A DNA stretch of 64,000 nucleotides from Candidatus Micrarchaeota archaeon (lineage in GTDB: Archaea; Micrarchaeota; Micrarchaeia; Anstonellales; Bilamarchaeaceae), in NCBI GenBank assembly GCA_043812915.1, contig JBDRLQ010000020.1, forward strand, positions 1 to 64,000, given 5' to 3'. A program made the position numbers and the translations under genes. The notes under the pieces were generated by a model. That model made no database searches and was not told the origin of the DNA. It was given only the letters and a program-made list of their open reading frames with translations. Each line of letters opens with the position of its first letter. Position 1 is the stretch's first letter. Below, in pieces: positions 58,982 through 64,000 of this stretch.

Positions 58982-59860
58982 GCCCGATAGGGCGTTAAGC
59001 TTCCCCCCGATTATTTGCATGGGAATTGAGAACTATCCCAGTGAGCTAACCTCCCTGTTCGGCGCGCGCATCATAAGGATTTTTGCAGCCCTAATCCTAA
59101 TTCCGAGCAGGCCAGGTTTCGGGCGGAGGAGTCTCTCGGTTCTGGGGTTGGCCGTGCTATTGTTGAGCGGGGCTTCACAAGGCGCTTGAATATCTTCTGA
59201 GATGCCAGGTCATTTCAAATGGGCCTCAAGCATCGTGTGTTTCTGCGCATATGATCCATTGTTCCTTTTGCTCAAGGACCTTCAAGATAAGGGGCATGAG
59301 CCAGTTCGCCAGGATAGTTCTCCGAAGCCTCTTCCCAACTGCTCTGCGGAGGAGCTCATGCAACCCCTTGCCAAGGTGCAGGGCAAAAGGGGGCAATTGC
59401 CATAGTCACCCCAATGGGCAGGCCAGGGGGACCCGAAGGTCCCTTTCCCTCTCGCAGGTGCTCTCGAATCTGAATACATCCAACTCAGGGCTGCCGCCGC
59501 GGCGCTGGGCATGAGGAGGAAATCCGGACTTGACATCTTCCATAGCCTGATATCTCATATTGGCGACAAGCGAAGTCGCACTGGCAGCAGTCAGGGAGCC
59601 TTGGGTCTTTGTGTGATATTCGCTCCGTAGAACACTTGAAGGCCATTAAGAAGGGCAGGCTAAAGCCAGCGGCAAGAGAGGCGCTATATAAGGCTGCGAC
59701 GAGGCGCGACAAACCCGCTTTGTGTGCGGCCAGTTGCCCGGGCTAGGAGCAGACTCTTGGGGGCATTATGCGGATGGGTCGTACCGCCCGCGATAATTCA
59801 TGCGGCAGAAGTGTGCTGGTTCCTGGACGGAAAAGTAGAAAGCGCGGGAGCTAGCGGGAT
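58982..59860 (+). ncRNA. Putative large (~880 nt) highly structured non-coding RNA of unknown class
   Basis: No credible ORF; nested helices 59028-59038/59312-59322, 59015-59023/59355-59363, 59045-59053/59144-59152 and 59054-59062/59103-59111; 5'/3' closing pair 58998-59004/59846-59852; G-U pairs favour the + strand. Confidence 0.65.
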
Positions 59861-59918
59861 AACTTTATAATCAATATTAGTTATACTCCTAAAAGCCAAG
59901 TTTTTGGGAGGTACTTTT

Positions 59919-61787
59919 ATGAGAATTCTTGCAGTCCATTCGGATTACATCGAAGTAGAGCAGATGAAGAAGGCTATCAAGGACGCTGAGGAAGTCAGCA
60001 AGCCCAAAGAGCGCTATGAGGAAGTGCTTGTCGTCTTCACTGCTGTTGAGGAGGGGGATGAGGATGTCGCGGCAGTTGCCGAGAGCCTGCGAAAAGAATC
60101 CGCAGCAATCGCCGGGCAGGTGAAGACAAAGACGATTCTTCTTTATCCGCTTGTGCACCTGACTTCCAAGCCATCTGCCCCCAGAGTGGCGCAGAAGGTA
60201 ATCCAGAAAGCCGAGGAGCTCCTCAAGAAGGACGGCCTGGAAGTATCGCACTCCCCTTTTGGCTGGTACAAGGGATACACGCTAAAATGCAAGGGCCATC
60301 CGCTATCCGAGCTCTCAAGGGAGATTCATGCCCTTGGAAGCGTGGATGTGAAGCCCTCGGATATCGAGGAGGTATCAAAGAGCCTGAGGCAGGAGAACGC
60401 CCTAAACAGCAAATTCTACATCCTTGATTTGGACGGCAAGCTCCATGAAATCGACAAGTTCAATTTCAAGGATTATCCGGACCTGAAGAAATTCGCGATT
60501 TATGAGACCCGGAAGGTGCGCGCCTATGAGAAGGAGCCGCCGCACATCAAGCTGATGAAAGGCCATGACCTCATCGACTACGAGGAGGGCTCAGACCCTG
60601 GGAATTTCAGGTTCATGCCAAAGGGCAAGCTGATAAAGGACATCCTGGAGACATCAATCACAGATGTGTGTGTCGGCGCTGGGGCCCTGGAAGTGGAGAC
60701 CCCAATCATGTATGATTTTGAGCATCCGACGCTCAAGAAATACCTGAACAGGTTCCCGGCAAGGCAGTATGTCGTCCTCAGCGAGGACAAGAAACTCTTC
60801 CTAAGGTTCGCAGCATGCTTCGGGCAGTTCCTGATGGCTCATGACATGGTGATGTCCTACAAGCAGCTGCCGCTCAAGATGTATGAACTGACCCGGTACA
60901 GCTTCAGGAGGGAGCAGAGCGGCGAGCTGGCCGGCCTCAAGAGGCTCAGGGCTTTTACGATGCCCGATATGCACACGTTTGCAGCGAACATCGACCAGGC
61001 CAAGGCTGAATTCGAGAAGCAGTTCTACATGGGCCTTGACTGGCTGGCGCCACTGGGCCTTGAGACCGAAGTCGGATTCAGGGTGCAGGAGGACTTCTTC
61101 AATGAGAACAAGGACTGGTACCTGAAGATGGTCAACTCGGCTGGCAAGCCGATTCTTATCGAGATGTTCAAGGAGAGGTATGCCTACTTCATCACAAAAT
61201 TCGAGTTCAACTTCGTTGATTCAATGGACAAGGCGAGCGCGCTCACCACGGTGCAGATAGATGTGGAGAACGCGGAGACATATGACATCAACTACGTCGA
61301 CGCTGACGGTGAGAAAAAGAAGCCGTTCATACTCCATGCATCAATCAGCGGAAGCATCGAGCGTGTCATCTACGCGCTGCTTGAGAAGGAGGCTATGAAG
61401 ATGGAAAAAGGGGGCAAGGCGATGTTCCCTGTTTTCCTTTCACCGACGCAGCTCCGTTTCATCCCGGTTAGCGCTGAGCAGAAGGAATACGCCAAGGGCC
61501 TGATGAAGAAGCTCTTTGGCAGGAATATCCGCGCTGACATTGACGACCGGGACGAGACCCTTGGAAAGAAGATTCGCGAGGCCCAGAAGGAATGGGTGCC
61601 ATTTATCGCAGTTGTCGGTGACAAGGAGATGAAATCCGGGCGCCTTTCAGTGACCATAAGGGAATCTGACGAGAAGAAGGACTTGGAGCTTGAAGAGCTT
61701 GCGGGCATGATAGAGGAGCAGGGAAAGGGCCAGCCATTCGGGAAACTGTCGCTGCCCCAGGAGCTCTCAAAGAGGCCAATCTTCTGA
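59919..61787 (+). CDS. thrS: Threonine--tRNA ligase (archaeal type with N-terminal editing domain)
   Basis: 'MRILAVHSDYI', 'PFGWYK', 'CKGHPLSELSR', 'LRFAACFG', 'SFRREQSGE'; GGAGGT RBS. Confidence 0.96.
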   Translation: MRILAVHSDYIEVEQMKKAIKDAEEVSKPKERYEEVLVVFTAVEEGDEDVAAVAESLRKESAAIAGQVKTKTILLYPLVHLTSKPSAPRVAQKVIQKAEELLKKDGLEVSHSPFGWYKGYTLKCKGHPLSELSREIHALGSVDVKPSDIEEVSKSLRQENALNSKFYILDLDGKLHEIDKFNFKDYPDLKKFAIYETRKVRAYEKEPPHIKLMKGHDLIDYEEGSDPGNFRFMPKGKLIKDILETSITDVCVGAGALEVETPIMYDFEHPTLKKYLNRFPARQYVVLSEDKKLFLRFAACFGQFLMAHDMVMSYKQLPLKMYELTRYSFRREQSGELAGLKRLRAFTMPDMHTFAANIDQAKAEFEKQFYMGLDWLAPLGLETEVGFRVQEDFFNENKDWYLKMVNSAGKPILIEMFKERYAYFITKFEFNFVDSMDKASALTTVQIDVENAETYDINYVDADGEKKKPFILHASISGSIERVIYALLEKEAMKMEKGGKAMFPVFLSPTQLRFIPVSAEQKEYAKGLMKKLFGRNIRADIDDRDETLGKKIREAQKEWVPFIAVVGDKEMKSGRLSVTIRESDEKKDLELEELAGMIEEQGKGQPFGKLSLPQELSKRPIF

Positions 61788-61804
61788 TTAGTTGAGGAAT
61801 ATAC

Positions 61805-63601
61805 ATGCCTGAAGGTCCCCAGAAGCCCGGCCTGCGTATACTTGCCCACGACGGCAAGAACCTACGCACGGACAAAACTATCGATGCGCGGGAGCTGCGG
61901 GGGATGCGGGGCAAGAATCTTCACCAGCTCACCGTGGAGAGCCTCCCGCAGGTTGAGCAGAAATTCTACCAGTCCCTGGGGAAGTCCGAGATAACCGCAA
62001 TTGACGGAGTTTCAAAGGATGATTCCGCAGGCTGGCAGGGATATATCGCCTACATCAAGGACGGCAAAGTTATGGAGATGGGCCTCCCCCACGTCACAAG
62101 GGGCGGGGACGAGCATTTCCTCCCCCTTGAGAATATCACCATCGGGGATTTGGCCGCAATGATAGATTCCTTGCCCGCAGGCGTGGAGATTGCCCTCATC
62201 TGGCGCCTGGACCGCGATATGACAAAGGACATCCAGATACAGGGCAATTCCCTGGTCTATTCGCTCTCATCGGTCCACCAGCCGGCAAACGATGTCCTGG
62301 ATTTCAGCCTTCTGGACCAGAAGCCGGCGGTAGGCTGCGGCGGCGCTATGGGCAAGGACATCATAGTCGAGATGGCCGAAGTGAAGCTCTACTGCGGCGA
62401 GGATGACGATCCTATCAGGCTAAACCTGATGGCGGGAATTCCGCCACCAGAATCATTCTCGTTCGACTGTTTCGATTCTCCCAGTTTCTTCCAGCCTCTC
62501 CAGCAACACCGCAACCCTGGCTCTCAGGCAGAGCGCCAGGCAATGGACAACTGCATGCAGGTGGCCGATGCGCACTGGCAGAACGGCAGGATTCATACGA
62601 TGGATGACCATTCGGCTAATCTGTATGTCAAGATAACTCTGGTTAAGCCCAGGCAAAATCTGCTTTCTTCCTGCATGGACGGAAAACCTGAAAGCGCCCC
62701 TCTTCAAACCTGCGGCAGCCCTGTTCTGAAAACAGTCTCGGAGGCTATCCGGGAAAATCCGATAATCAGCCTGCTGATGAATCCGTCTGAGAGGAGGCTC
62801 TGGGGGAAGCTGTACGGCCTTCCTGAAGAAGCGGAGGCGGGAGACTCCAGCCTCAAGGGGCAGGCTGCAGGTTCGGTAATCCAGGGCACTGCCCGCCTCC
62901 CTGAAATGAGAACTGGCGGGACAACCTGCTTTGCAATGAAAGTTCCTGCGGCAAAATCCGCTTCCAGCAGAACTTCCGAGCCTTTCTTTTCGGCGAAGCT
63001 GCGGCCCATGGGCGCCCCTGCCACAATCCCAGAGGTCCAGGAGCTGCCCGCGCCCCAGAAGCCCCTTGCAATGAAGGCGCCCAGATTATTCTTCATCTTA
63101 GCCAAGCAGCCGCGCATCATGCAGAGGGCAGAACCGGTTAAGGCTGCCAAGCAAGGAGAAAAGCCTCCTGCTTCGCTCAAGCCTGAGCCTTCTGTAAAAA
63201 AGAAGAAGAGCGCCTCAAAGCGCAAGGCGCTGCCCAAGCTGAAAGCTGAGAAGAAAGCCGCTCCGAAGCGAATGATGGGGCCGCAGGCGGACCTTCCAAG
63301 AAAGAAGGGGAAGCCCAGGAGAAAGGCAACTGCCCCCCCTTCCATTGTTGGAGTCTCCAAGCTGGAAGCGGGGCCAAATGCGAAGGTGCGCAGGAAGGAA
63401 ACAGCCCGCAGGGGTACAGCTGCAGAAGCTGCCAAAGCGACAGGGAAGAAAAAGAAGGCGGCTGCGGCCCGCAGGACAAAGACTGAGCGGAAAAAAGGGA
63501 AGAAAAAGATGAATCCTTATTATATGAATGGGATGCTCGGCCTTCACCCAAAGAAGAAAAAAACTAAGGGGCGAAGAACCAGGGCAAGAAGTTCAGGATG
63601 A
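61805..63601 (+). CDS. Hypothetical protein with long Lys/Arg/Ala/Pro-rich C-terminal tail
   Basis: 598-aa ORF; globular-looking N-terminus, very basic last ~160 aa. Confidence 0.7.
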   Translation: MPEGPQKPGLRILAHDGKNLRTDKTIDARELRGMRGKNLHQLTVESLPQVEQKFYQSLGKSEITAIDGVSKDDSAGWQGYIAYIKDGKVMEMGLPHVTRGGDEHFLPLENITIGDLAAMIDSLPAGVEIALIWRLDRDMTKDIQIQGNSLVYSLSSVHQPANDVLDFSLLDQKPAVGCGGAMGKDIIVEMAEVKLYCGEDDDPIRLNLMAGIPPPESFSFDCFDSPSFFQPLQQHRNPGSQAERQAMDNCMQVADAHWQNGRIHTMDDHSANLYVKITLVKPRQNLLSSCMDGKPESAPLQTCGSPVLKTVSEAIRENPIISLLMNPSERRLWGKLYGLPEEAEAGDSSLKGQAAGSVIQGTARLPEMRTGGTTCFAMKVPAAKSASSRTSEPFFSAKLRPMGAPATIPEVQELPAPQKPLAMKAPRLFFILAKQPRIMQRAEPVKAAKQGEKPPASLKPEPSVKKKKSASKRKALPKLKAEKKAAPKRMMGPQADLPRKKGKPRRKATAPPSIVGVSKLEAGPNAKVRRKETARRGTAAEAAKATGKKKKAAAARRTKTERKKGKKKMNPYYMNGMLGLHPKKKKTKGRRTRARSSG

Positions 63602-64000
63602 ACGATATCAGCGTTATTATCATAATCGCCTTTACCAGCTTCTTATTCCTCATGTTCAGCTCAAGCACCCTGTATCCGTCAAAGAACGGGAGGGGCAAAA
63701 GGTTGACCGTCCCGATGATGAAATTCAGCGAGAATGCCAGGCCGAATGTTATCACGAGGAACCTTGACAAATCCCCCAATATTGCAATGTCCAGCAGGCC
63801 CAGCGCGTCTGTCGCGAACAATACGCCCATGAACAGGAAGAAGAATATGCAGCTTGTCGCCAGGTTCGATGTGGAGCCTGCTATGAGGACCCGCGTCTGC
63901 TTGACCTTCTCCAGCTTGGCAAGCTTTTTCTCATCCGGCTCCACGAATGCCCCGATCGGGATAATCCCGAAGAGCACTATGCCCGAGGAGAGCACCGGAA
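63564..64000 (-). CDS. Site-2 protease (peptidase M50) family, C-terminal part; 5' end outside the window
   Basis: 'GAFVEPDE', 'IAGSTSN', 'NLLPLPFFDG'. Confidence 0.85.
   Translation of the reverse strand, partial: PVLSSGIVLFGIIPIGAFVEPDEKKLAKLEKVKQTRVLIAGSTSNLATSCIFFFLFMGVLFATDALGLLDIAILGDLSRFLVITFGLAFSLNFIIGTVNLLPLPFFDGYRVLELNMRNKKLVKAIMIITLISFILNFLPWFFAP

Noticed and set aside
59512..59530. GAGGAAATCCGGAC as the canonical RNase P CR-I motif
   Set aside because: Imperfect match lying mid-element with no clean P4 partner; kept only as an alternative to test with a covariance model
58980..59712. Short ORFs in the large intergenic region (58980-59189, 59202-59405, 59251-59514, 59282-59536, 59485-59712)
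   Set aside because: Short, mutually overlapping and not protein-like in composition; base-pairing explains the region better
1..64000. CRISPR arrays, rRNA genes, complete tRNAs, IS elements
   Set aside because: No regularly spaced direct repeats, rRNA-conserved blocks, cloverleafs or transposase motifs were seen by eye; tRNAscan-SE and a CRISPR finder would confirm

Overview
This is a gene-dense archaeal window. Archaeal PpcA, RFC, Dph6, archaeal-type ThrRS, class III prepilin signals, TATA-box promoters and oligo-T terminators point to a DPANN, probably Micrarchaeota-like, genome (taxonomy is inferred). Most genes are housekeeping or metabolic: ppcA-argG-argH-malic enzyme, an aspartase/fumarase-family lyase, rfcS, two KaiC-like ATPases, ileS, form III-type RuBisCO, valS, TtuA/TtcA plus a ThiS/SAMP-like carrier, eno, pyrC, scpA, sepF, hppA, a DRG GTPase, purM and thrS. 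Four things stand out. (1) A ~880-nt stretch without a credible ORF (about 58982-59860) has its own TATA box and many nested helices with G-U pairs on the + strand. It lies directly downstream of a LAGLIDADG-like gene that lacks both catalytic acids, making a candidate large ncRNA plus maturase-like protein. (2) A HypC-like domain is fused to the radical-SAM maturase HydE and followed by HydG, a hybrid of [NiFe] and [FeFe] hydrogenase maturation parts. (3) A truncated tyrosine integrase follows a structured ~210-nt non-coding element and sits beside a thioredoxin/TsoY-like/regulator cassette. (4) Several bacteria-like or eukaryote-like surface and signalling proteins are present, along with two unusual AAA+ architectures. 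No rRNA, complete tRNA or CRISPR array was recognised. All calls come from reading motifs by eye; no searches were run.
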